From positions 19,890,754 through 19,954,753 of the forward strand of contig OZ316896.1 in assembly GCA_973895155.1 (NCBI GenBank): a DNA stretch of 64,000 nt. The letters are read 5' to 3'. Origin of the DNA: Marsupella aquatica (lineage: Eukaryota; Plantae; Marchantiophyta). Positions 39,425 through 50,076 of this stretch are shown piece by piece. The position numbers and the translations under genes were made by a program. Under the pieces are notes generated by a model that made no database searches, was not told the origin of the DNA, and saw nothing but the letters and a program-made list of their open reading frames with translations. Position 1 is the stretch's first letter; every line of letters begins with the position of its first letter.

Positions 39425-42400
39425 CTACTCATCAATACCTTCCATGTAAGTTTTGAGAGTTTTCAAAACATTCTTGGGAATTGTCAAACCTCTATCCATA
39501 ATATTTTGTTCTTTGGCACCTGACTTAAACCCATACATTGCAGAATTTGCAAATTGCCAACTTTGAGTGATAGTGTTAAACCCAGGATCTAGCTCCCAAG
39601 TCTTAGTGGTCTGAAAGCAACGTTTGTATCGAACATCATCCTTTGCATCATGCTCACCATGTTTAGGCCTCCACCATTGCACTTGGAACATAGGAGCATA
39701 CCGCTTAGGAATGCTACTTAGGTGAATGCTCTTAGAAAACCTTGAAGAAGACCCTTCACTAAATTGCAAATCTAGTGAAGAAACCTCATGGTTTGGATCC
39801 ACACCACCCAAAGCTCGAACTAACCAGAAACGCCCTTTGCCATTTTTTTGCTCCCATTCATCCTCTGGACGTAAAAACACAAAGTGACCCTCTTGAATAT
39901 CTTGTAGGGGAATCCAACGTGCAAGTTCTCGCTCTTCTCGTGCACCAACGAAGGGTGCAGCTTGACCTTCCATCTCTTCCATGTACTCATTTTGAAGGTC
40001 CATCATCTCTGAATTTTGAGTAGGTTCACTTGAAGGTTGAGAGGTCCCCAAAATCACCTTGTAACCTGTGCCATGGTTAGTCTTTGGCCAGAAATCAGTT
40101 GTCAATGACAATTGTCTTTCTCCCTCCCCTTCTATTGTAAGTGCCTCAGAGAGTGCCATAACAAGCCTCTCCCAATATTTCACCAAAGGAAATCTCTCGC
40201 GGTATGCTGCAGAGGTCTCATCCTTGCAACTTTTCCTCAAGAAATCAATGTAACGATTAAGGAATGGGATGATTTCCTCGACTTTCTTTTGTACCTCCCC
40301 CGATATAGGTTTTGCAAATGGTTGACCCTCCGGTAAAATGAGCGTGTTTGTGATGAGATCAGTTCTCCAAATTGACCTCCCTGTTGCTGGAAGCCAAGGT
40401 TGTTTGACATGTGCTTTATATTGATACACTGGCACATTATCCCTCATGGAGAATAGAAATGCCACTGGTTTTGAGTGACCTTCAATCTCTTTCACTTGGA
40501 AAGCCTTCAAATAGTGCTTGTAAGATGCAACCTCCTGAATCAATCGTGGTACGGGATGGATGCTTTCACACTCCCAAACCTCAGCCATCAACGCAAGGAG
40601 GGTAGCAACCTCTTTGTACCTGACCTGTTTGGATACTTGAGAAAATAGTGCATCCACATCCTCATGGGTGTGGCCAACCATGAGGAATGACATTTGCACA
40701 GTTTCAAACACCCCCTGCTAACAAGCTCGCTGCAAAATGCCATCACATATTGATTTTTATTATCTTTTCCTGAATTGTCCATCTGCAGTGTTAGGTGCCT
40801 TGGTAAGGGCTTGAAAGAGCTCGTAGTCTCAGGATCAACTCTAGAACCAGCATCTGTTGTGCTGGTTTTTTGGCTCTCCTGACCGTCATCAAGGCCTTGA
40901 AACTTGAGAATTGAAACATTTTTGGGTTCCAAGTAACCCGCTTGAAATGCTTCAAAGTCCAAAAGAGACTGAAATATTGGCCTAGTTGCGTTCCAATTGA
41001 AAGCTTCAAGCATGTCTCCCGTTTTGTCTCCAGTGTAATCCTCCAAATCTCGAAGGCATTTGGCCAAAGATGTCACAGTGAAGTCTGCATCTCCAGGCCA
41101 AAGGCCAGTCAAACTAAAGTGTGCATACACTCCTGGATCCCTTCCATGGGTTAACATCCCAGTAAGGGCAATGGGTAGAGGTTGACCACTACCAGAGAGA
41201 GATTTTGGAGTGGGGACCAATCTGGGGATCCAAGTCTTGGCTTGGTCCATCTTATCATGAATAATGCAAAGATAGTTTTGAGGATCCTTCTTTGCAAGAA
41301 CCCTATGAGCATAGTAAACATATCTCCTTGTCATTTGTTCACGAAGATGTCGTGCTCTTTTCTCTTCAATCTCTGCACGCTCTTTTTTTCTCTTCTCCCG
41401 CATCAATTGATCTTTGAACTCAGTGCAAAATGTGCACTTGGCAAATGCACTGCCCTTGTGAAAGTCAAAATTATCAAAAGAATTTTTCCAGATGTTGTAC
41501 ATGGTAACTTCAGTAACCTTAGCATAGCCGTCCAATTCCATCTTTGCAAATACCTCTTGAAAAATCTCCTTCTTAGTGAAACATGATGGGAGTCGATATT
41601 CGACAGTATCGGTGCCGTTGGACCCACCATAGGGAAGATGTGGCATTGGTTCTCCATTTTGGATTAAAATGGACTCCAACAATGCACGAGCATGCAAGGT
41701 GCTTGATCGTGTCTTATGTTGCCCTTGATTTCCATGGAAACCAATTGTGCACCCAGCTTCGTACTGATTTTTGTAATCATAATACTTTGCCGTACTAAAC
41801 CCATGCATTTTTATGAACGCATCCTTACAAACCACACGTCCCTTTAGAACAAAATATCCTTTTCTCTTGACTTGGTCTTCTCTACACCCAAAAAGATTGA
41901 AGATATGACTTGTTTTGTTGTCACTTGACATTCCATGAAATTCCCTCCTCATTGCCTCCAAGTCCTCTCTTGGCATGTTCAAGCAACACTTTAACCTGCA
42001 ACAACCTTCTCTTTGGATGGAATCAATGGACTCCTCGGTGATTTTCAAAAGCGCCCTTGATTGCAAATGTTTTTTTTTTCTCCTCCAGATCCACTTTGGT
42101 CCTTCTAATGAAATTATAAGGTCTTTTTGGAGGTTTCCCATCACCATCCAAATCCGGGTCGCTCTCATTTCGACCCGATTCTATCCACACATGTGAACCT
42201 TTCTCAAGGATATCCCCGAGAAACATTTGAGATGAAATCAACAACAAAGATTTGATTTCCCACCTCACCAAACCTGGAGTACCAGCACGGATATTTGGAA
42301 ATAATGCGGGATCGTTGATATTCACAACAGCTACACCCACATGCTCTGGACCAAGAAGTTCATCATCAACAACACCTGCTTCAAAAGGAACTATGATAAC

Positions 42401-42982
42401 CCCTGTCGCAACCTTACGACAACGAGAAACATCATACAAGTCAACTTCCTCTGCCATCCAGTTGGAACGCATTGTAAAATCTTTCAATGGAAGATCCTTA
42501 AACAGGTTTGCACCCGGGTTTGCACCAACAAACATGCCAGAACCTCGAATAGAGCCTTTTCTTGAAACATCAGCAACATCCCACATTACCCAAGTCTGCA
42601 TTGCCTCTTGCACTGTGTCAGCTCCAGGATGCGGATACGGTAGTTTTCTATTTCCCTGAACAACCTTTGATATTTGTATACTGACACGGCCAACACCGAG
42701 TCGTTCACTATGACAAGTGTCCATTGGATTGGTATTGAAGACAACTCCTTTTGATACAAGTTCATCTAAAATGAACATCTCAACCTCCTCTCCTTCAGCA
42801 AGGTTGCCTCCTTTACCACCAACATCCATTTCGGAACATCCTTCATCCCCATCCACTGGAGTAGGAACACCATCATAGTAGATTTTTTTCCTTGCTCTGT
42901 AGCCTCGCTCCGTGGTGTGGTCTAGCTATAGGCGTTCTTGTATACTAGGCTGCCATGTGTCATCTAAACGTTTGTGAGGCAT
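39425..42982 (-). CDS. DUF7869-type / Sola-like DDE/D transposase (~1,130-1,190 aa reconstructed) split by two homopolymer frameshifts
   Basis: ORFs 42023-42856, 40588-42168 and 39425-40711 join at A10 (42070-42079, EKKK|HLQ) and G5 (40711-40715, SRG|VFETVQMSF). Motifs: CCRLKC, KCTFC, IIHDKMDQAK, LQMDNSGKDNKNQY, FLMVGHTHEDVDALFS. The start is either ATG 42982 (with an in-frame TAG at 42926-42928) or ATG 42829. Confidence 0.8.
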
Positions 42983-42988
42983 TTTTCA

Positions 42989-45900
42989 ATGGCTACTTCC
43001 TCTAGTTCTGATGATTCTACTAGCACTTCTAGTTTTGGGCAGTCCCTGAACTTTGATTCTAGTAAAATATTTGAGTATGATTCTCAAGACACTTTACTAA
43101 AGATGTCGGTGGAATCCGCTTTGGCCGCCTCAAGGGGATTTCATATCACAGTTCCACGTAAGTATGATTCAACAATTGATGCAAGTTAGTCTTTGAAGGG
43201 TCGCTCTTAGAGCGACCCTATCTTGCCTAAGATTTGTCGTTGTTATTGGTTGGATGTTGATTTAAGTTTTCCTAGGAGCGACCCAACTTTGTTGTTGGTT
43301 GGACGTTGATTTAAGTTTTCCTAGGGTCGCTCCAGGAGCGACCCAACTTTTTTGTTGGTTGGACCTTGATTTAAGTTTTCCTAGGGTCGCTCTTGGAGAG
43401 ACCCAACTTATTTGTCGGTTGGACCTTGATTTAAGTTTTCCTAGGGTCGCTCCAGGAGCGACCCAACCCACATGTTTGTTGATGCAGACCTTGTCTCCAG
43501 CTCGCTCTAGGGGCGAGGCAACACAGAAGATCTCTTGCTTTAATGTTTGTCGTTTCAATTTGTTTTTCCAGGAGAACAACTTGGATCCCCAGAGTTAAAT
43601 ATTATGGCCGAGGATGTCAAGGACTTTATTTTCCCTGGACAAGATAAGGCAGGATTTTCGTGGGCACTTGAAGTAGGGATCATGGAGAATGACTTGTCGA
43701 TGATTTGTATCAAGGCAATCACTGCTGAGACAATGAACGACAAGAAGATAGTTGCGTTGGGCCCTGTGGTCCTTGTAAATTGCAGTGATAACCGCAATGT
43801 TACAATCATTATTGAATCCAGAGAAAGATCTCAGTGGATGAGACTTTACTTGCCAATCAAGATGTACTCGTCAATTATCAACGTGGAGTGGATAGCACGC
43901 TCGGAGGCTAGTATTTGTTCAATGGGATTTCTTCCAGATGGGTTCACTGCAGAGGATGTTCTTGAGAGGCATGGAAGATTCAAATTGAGTGGGGTTGATG
44001 TTGTCTTTGGATTCCTCTTTGTGAAGCGGTACATGCATGATCATCCGGACCTTATAGATCTTCCTAACACATGGGTTGTCCAGAGGATGATTGAAACAAC
44101 ACGCTTTTCATATGAGCAAGCAATTGATAAGAGTTTTATTTTCTCTGATGAGTTTGACGAAGATGCTTGCATGAAGTGGATTTCAACTCAAAGGAAGAAG
44201 GAAGAAAAGCATCGAGGTAAGGGGAAGATGAAGATGAAGGCCAAAGAAATGACGTCGGCTGAAACACAAAAGAAGAGAAAACAAAGAGAGCCAAGGAGTG
44301 AAGGAAGTACTAGAGGAAAAAAGGCGGCGTTGAAGAAGAAAGATAAGGACTCCGACAAGAAGCCCAAGAAGAAGGCCAAGATTGGAAAATCAAAGCCCGT
44401 GTCAGCGTCAAAAGCAAGGTTGGTCTTGGATCCGGAGGATGATACATGCCCAACAGATGCACCAGAGGAACGAGATGTATTGGAGGGGCAGAAAGCTTTG
44501 CGGAACATCGAGCAATACTACACTTTTGGAATCAGGGAGGTTTTTGAAATCCCGGTTAAAAGTATTCTTCCGCCTACTGCAGTTTTTGTGTATCGGATGT
44601 TCAACCAGGCTCATGCCTTAGAGATAGCAAAATCAATGATGAAAAACCCTGGCCAGGAACCACATGTTGCAGATTTGATTCCATTTCTAGAGCGCACTAA
44701 GCAGTTGTTACATTTTGACAATACCGCACGCGATCGGAAGCAATTTTTGTTTGGTGTTAAGAAGCAAGAGATACAATTTCTTGCAATCAGTGGGCAACAT
44801 TCCACAAAGGCTCCACAATGGATTCAAGGGTGGGCAGAGAAGGATGCCAAGCTAACTGATCTTGCTAGCAAACTCCAATATCGGAAAGCGAGGATCTTAT
44901 CAAACCTCACTCCAAGGGCAATTTTGGTCGAGCACTCGAGCCTTTCAAATGCAGTAAATCAGACCATGCAGTTTAAGTCTTGTTTTCTAGAGACAGTTGT
45001 TCATGCGAGAAGGCAATTTGATGAATGTGGGAAACCACCGCGTCCAGGAATTGGAACAAACCAAAGTACAGACAACCAGAAATACCAGGTAAACATTTTC
45101 ATTAGTTGGAACTGTAGTTTAATTTTGCCTCACTCTTAGAGCGACCCAAATGAAATTGAATGATGAATACAATGATTGCCCCAACCATTTTCATATGGCT
45201 TTGTCATTTTCTTCGCCTCGCTCTAGGGGCGAGGCAAAGAAGTTGAAGTTTCTAAGTTTAAACATCTAACATGTTTTTTGGTGGATGAATGTAAATGCAG
45301 GATTGGTTTGCCCTCGCAAAGATAACAATGGGAAAGTCGAGCTTGAAAGCCATTTTTTGGTTGCTCTTTGCTGAGGATAAGCTTTTCCATTTATGGCAAA
45401 CTGTTTGTTGGGATTGGTTGGCAGGGAAGCTCCCTGGCGGGGCAGGAGAGTATGGTGGGCCGCGGCCACTAAAGCTGGTCACGCCAACTCTTTTTAGATG
45501 TTTTGAAGGGGAGATCAATTCTAAGGATATCATTGATATATTGACCGCGGTTTATGAGAAGAAAGCACTTCTCAAGAAAGATGCCTCCAACAAGATGGAT
45601 CTGGTGTCAATCCCATATATGGCTCATACCATCAAGGTAATGACTAAATTGAAGCAAGTCATTGTTGAGTACTTTGTTGAGAAGCACAAGGAGAAGTTTC
45701 CCGGGGGGACATCGTGGGCTTCGGTGGTCAACATCATGCCGGCCTTGGGATCTCAACTTGAGCTGACAAAATTGCGAAGAGCAGCTGGGGAGGTCTACCT
45801 TAGCAGTTTATTAAGGAAGAACATTGTGAAAGAGGCTTTCCCTCAAAGTCTAATGGTGAGATTAGACGGGTTGTACTGCAAACAATTTGGTGGAGTTGGG

Positions 45901-48900
45901 CGCACACGAACAGAGCCTTTCTTGACGTTCTTTAGTGAGAATCTAATGAAGACAACCACGCCAGAGTTATTGGAAGAGGCGACGCCAATGTGTCCACTTG
46001 CAATTGTTGATTTTAGTAGGGCACGACAACATGAATGGACAGATTCGGAAATTTTTGTATTGCTCCAATATATTGTGGAGTTGCCAAGGAATACAACCAT
46101 TGTAGTTGTCATGACTACTCATCCAGGGCCACTTCCAGCCAACATCTTAAGTGCCCTAAGGAAATTAGGACATGAAAAGCATTTAGCCATCCATGTTGAA
46201 TACGGGAGTTATGATCGGGAAGATCGCCCAAATCCGCAGGGCTTAATTTTTACAGGAGCGATTGAGCAGGTCATTTTTGCTGGAATTACAGGTGAAGACA
46301 ATTTTGATTGGAATCAATTGTTTAAGCCAGAGTTCAATTCAAAATTTAGTTTTCACCCCGATGTTGACTGTGATTTCAATATTGAAGTGAAGGCTGACAA
46401 GCAAGAGAAAAGCAAGGGAAAAGAGAATGAGACAGAGGAGCAGTCTCCCGCATTTGATATGGCAGATTTATTGCGGCAAGCTCCAATGTTTGAGATGGTC
46501 AGAAGTCGAGGAGGATTTGTCAATCCGCATGCCAAGCCCCGACACATGCTCAAAAATATTATTGAATGTTTTTCCTGTGAGGGGGAGATTGTCCTCGATT
46601 TTTTTCAGGAGGGCAGGTTTTGAAGGTGGCCTTGTTGGCATACCGAGATTGTTTTGTCTATTCAGACACTTTGCAAGAACACCATTTCACCCAAGCATAT
46701 GCAAGGGTTTTGTGCAACAGGATTCCCTCCCTTATGAAAGAGCGGATGGGAGTACATGGTCCTAGGAGAGCTCATCTAAGTGTTCTTTGCGGGCCTATGG
46801 ACAACCCCCAACCGGGCCCTCAGCGAGTTGACCTTGAGGATGGTGAGTTGCAGCATGATGCTGGAGGTTCAAGTCCTATGGTAGAGGAGGATTTTGGCGG
46901 AAATTGGGATGCTCGAGCAACAGAAATGGTTGGCATTACTACCTACGGTGTTGAAGGGCTACCTCAACTCGACATAGTGATGTCGGGTCGCCCTGAGAGC
47001 GACCCTCCATCAAATCCTCTCAACCCTGAAGTATCAAAATTGCATCCCGAGAGACCGCAGGTATCGTGCACATTGGATGCAGGTTGGCAGAATATTGGGG
47101 CCACTACACCCACCACGGACCTACAAGTTGGTATTGCAGAAGCGATTGAAGACAACCTTCCACTTGGAGAGACAACAAATGTTGAAGCTGAAGAGGCAGG
47201 TGCTTCAACTTGTTCCGAGTCTCCTCAATTTTGTTCGTCAGGGAATAAATTGGTCTTCACAAGGATGTCAAGCGGAAGCCCCATAATATTACGCTTGTCT
47301 CAAAAGTCTGGATCTGAGATAGGTAGAACAGGATATATGAAGACAGTCCGTCATGCAACTCATTTCATTTGGAGAAATGGACCTAAAGTTGGATTGAAAG
47401 AAACGTTGGAGGATGCGCCGAAGTTAATGGTCAAACCTGATTACATAATAGACAAATTGAGATTGAGTCCAGTGTTTGCACCGCCAACATTGGTGGAGCA
47501 ACTTCCTGTTGGCGTCAATTCTGATATCCAAAGTGATCTAGGTGATAAAATGATAGATGAATATGGGTCATTTAGTAGTGGAGGTTAATATTATGGTTTC
47601 GTTCTTCTATTTTTCACAATAATCTAAAATATTATGTTTGGAAATCATATATGGACAGACCAAAGTTTTGTCATAGCATCTCTTCCATCGAAGGATATTA
47701 TTGGTCTACCTTCAGCAAGCGGTACCCTGGTCCAAGACAAAGCATTTGAGCAAGGTACTTCTACATTGATATATCAAAATGCTTTGACATTCAAAAATGA
47801 TATGTTTGTTTTCCCCATTAGGTCGGGTCGATCCAGGTTCGACCCTAAGTTCTTCTTTTATATCTTTTAGATATAATTTTGATTCATTTGGATCTTTGCA
47901 GATTTCACTCCTAAATTGCACTCTGATATAAGAAGAAAACTCTTGATTTTGGACCTGAACAAAATTTGTTGGGATTGCGTCAAAACAAAAATCTTGGGAC
48001 CGTTAAGATCTACAACAACTGTGCGGGGTGTGCATTGGGGGAGACGGGGTGGATTCAATTTCATGTACGTGGAAAGGCCAGGGTTGCACCAATTTTTGGA
48101 GGTGGCTTTCAAAGGTTTTGATGTCGCATTGTGGACTTGTGCGGGGAGGCCAAGAACTAATGAAATGATGAATTTGATTTTCAAAGAAGAGGAGCGGAGG
48201 CAATTTAAATTTGTTTTCACACAAGAAGATGCTTTTGATACTGGCATAAAAAGACCGGATGTAGCAGATGGGAAAACAAATATTATGTTGAAGGATTTGC
48301 GTGTGGTGTGGAGTCGTTTTGGAGACAAGTATGATGATACAAACACTCTACTTATTGATGACTCTCCAGTGAAGGCTTTTGCAAATCCACAGTATAGTGG
48401 TTTGTTCCCAACTCCCTTCTCACACATTGCCGAGAGTGACACTTTTCTACCAGAGATACTTTGGCCATTCCTTAGAAAATTGTGGAAGGCTTATGACATC
48501 CGACAATATATATATCTGTCAACAATCCACTTTGGTCATTTGTTAATATAAATGATGACCGTGAAAGTAATGCTGCAATCTATGATTTACTTTCCCATAA
48601 GTGGGGAAGTAAGATTTGGCGTTCCAAGATTGAGTATACCATCTTGGATGTCACTGGAGATGAGATATGTTGGGAAGTGAGGGATATGGTACAATCCTAC
48701 CCTACATTTGAGAACCTGACCAAAGATGATATGAAAGATGTGGTCAACAACTGTTTGGGCGAGTCTTATGCAGGTCCCTTCAGAGAAAATCCTCGCCGAT
48801 TTGTCTGGGAAGTTCTAAAGACTAGGGATCTCACCTCTAAGTTTAAAAACCGTTATCCCAAAGACACTTGCACTCGTGACAGACTATATGACCCAAATGG

Positions 48901-48976
48901 AGAGCGACTCACTTGTTCAAATCAGTCATGTAGACATATTCATGGAGGCATAGAATTTGAAATTTTAGATGATTAA
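42989..48976 (+). CDS. Multidomain cargo protein (~1,712 aa reconstructed): Lys-rich region, ParB/Srx-like domain, N6_N4 (beta-class) DNA methyltransferase-like fold, FCP1/NIF-like HAD domain, CCCH zinc finger
   Basis: Proposed exons 42989-43157, 43572-45088, 45301-47583, 47659-47754 and 47902-48976, all GT-AG and phase-compatible. After +1 T at 46599-46605 and -2 nt at 48506-48515 the total is 5,139 nt (1,713 codons). Motifs: EIPVKSILP/YRMFNQAHALEIAKSM/FLAISGQHS; HAKPRHMLKNIIECFSCEGEIVLDFFSGG; LLILDLN/ERPGLHQFL/KDL/NTLLIDDSPVKA; C-x14-C-x4-C-x3-H. Confidence 0.65.
43197..43519. repeat. 60-bp tandem array built around the palindrome GGGTCGCTC-N3-GAGCGACCC (intron 1 of the cargo gene)
   Basis: Palindromes at 43198-43218, 43324-43344, 43384-43404 (1 mismatch) and 43444-43464, a half site at 43276-43284 and a variant at 43499-43519. 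The period is exactly 60 bp for three copies. Confidence 0.92.
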
Positions 48977-50076
48977 TCATTATGTTTCTGTACATTGTAG
49001 GACACAAGATTGGAGTCATGCAATCATTTTTCTATTTCACAGGTCATAGAACTACTTTGGACTTTACACTAGCTTGACCATTGGAGTAGGATCGACATTA
49101 TGGCTAGCCAACCTTGAATATATGTTATGATAATTGAGATGATTAATCTCACTTTGAATTTAATCATGAGTTTTTGACCAAATGATACATGTTTGTCACT
49201 TATCTATTTAATTTCAAATACAATTAATATTAATAATTTCTGTATTATGATTAATTGATTAAAATCAAATTTGGAGTGCAAAAGTGTAATTTTAAACCAA
49301 AAAGAGTGTATATTTAGTCTTGAAAAATTGTTTATTTGGAGCAAAATTAATGGACTTTTTAGAGACAAGAATGTAAATTTGAGGATCACAATCTGGACTT
49401 TTAAATTTCCAGTTTTAATGAATACTGTGATAGTATATTTTTTCTTATAAAATGATTTCATTCATATGAGTACCACGGTGAATGAGTGTATACACTTTCC
49501 TTGCATTGCATGCACATCAGGTGTACATTGAGGCAGGGTCAATACAAATAACACAATGGCCTGGGAGGGATTAGATAAAAGAGTGTATTTTTGAATACTA
49601 TGATGGCATCAAAAGGAAGTACTTTACCTGCTAAAGTGATGAGGAATATCAAGAAGTATTCTGTTCCCTTCATATTTTGCTGTGGGTTTATTTTTATTTG
49701 TTCTCTTAGCTTTGCTTTGCATATTTGATTTCTTTCACTTGGCTTGGAAATGTAAATTTTGAATGACCGAAACACTTCAAAAAGTGGCGCAAGTGTGTAT
49801 TATAGGAGTTAATTTGTAATTGACATAGATTATCATGGGGGTACTTGATATGAATGTCTAGGTATAGAAAGTACTATGTCTATGCATGGATGGTTTCCTA
49901 TGCATTGATAGTACTATACTTATATGTCCAGAAAGTACTTGATTATTGTGCATTGGTATTCCTGGCATTCCCTTTATTTCTTGATTGGAAAACGTGCACG
50001 CTTTACTTCACACTAAACATTATTCAATTTTGGTTTATTCCTTCTGTTTGTGAGATTCTTTGATTTTTGTGCCCTT

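Noticed and set aside
43197-43519. CRISPR-like array (palindromic repeat at a regular 60-bp period)
   Set aside because: The intervening sequences are near-identical to each other rather than unique spacers, and no cas genes are present; it is a tandem repeat.
43262-43598. Repetitive ORFs on both strands (VAPGATLGKLKS / DLDLSFPRVA)
   Set aside because: Translations of the 60-bp tandem repeat lying in a predicted intron.
46599-46605. Programmed -1 frameshift at U_UUU_UUU
   Set aside because: The heptamer is formally slippery, but the other breaks need different shifts at non-canonical sites and a host gene shows the same defect; indel error or slippage is simpler. Not excluded without reads.
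42989-48976. Bacterial or phage contamination explaining the ParB-MTase
   Set aside because: The gene has phase-compatible GT-AG introns and eukaryote-type FCP1/CCCH parts, and is contiguous with plant genes.
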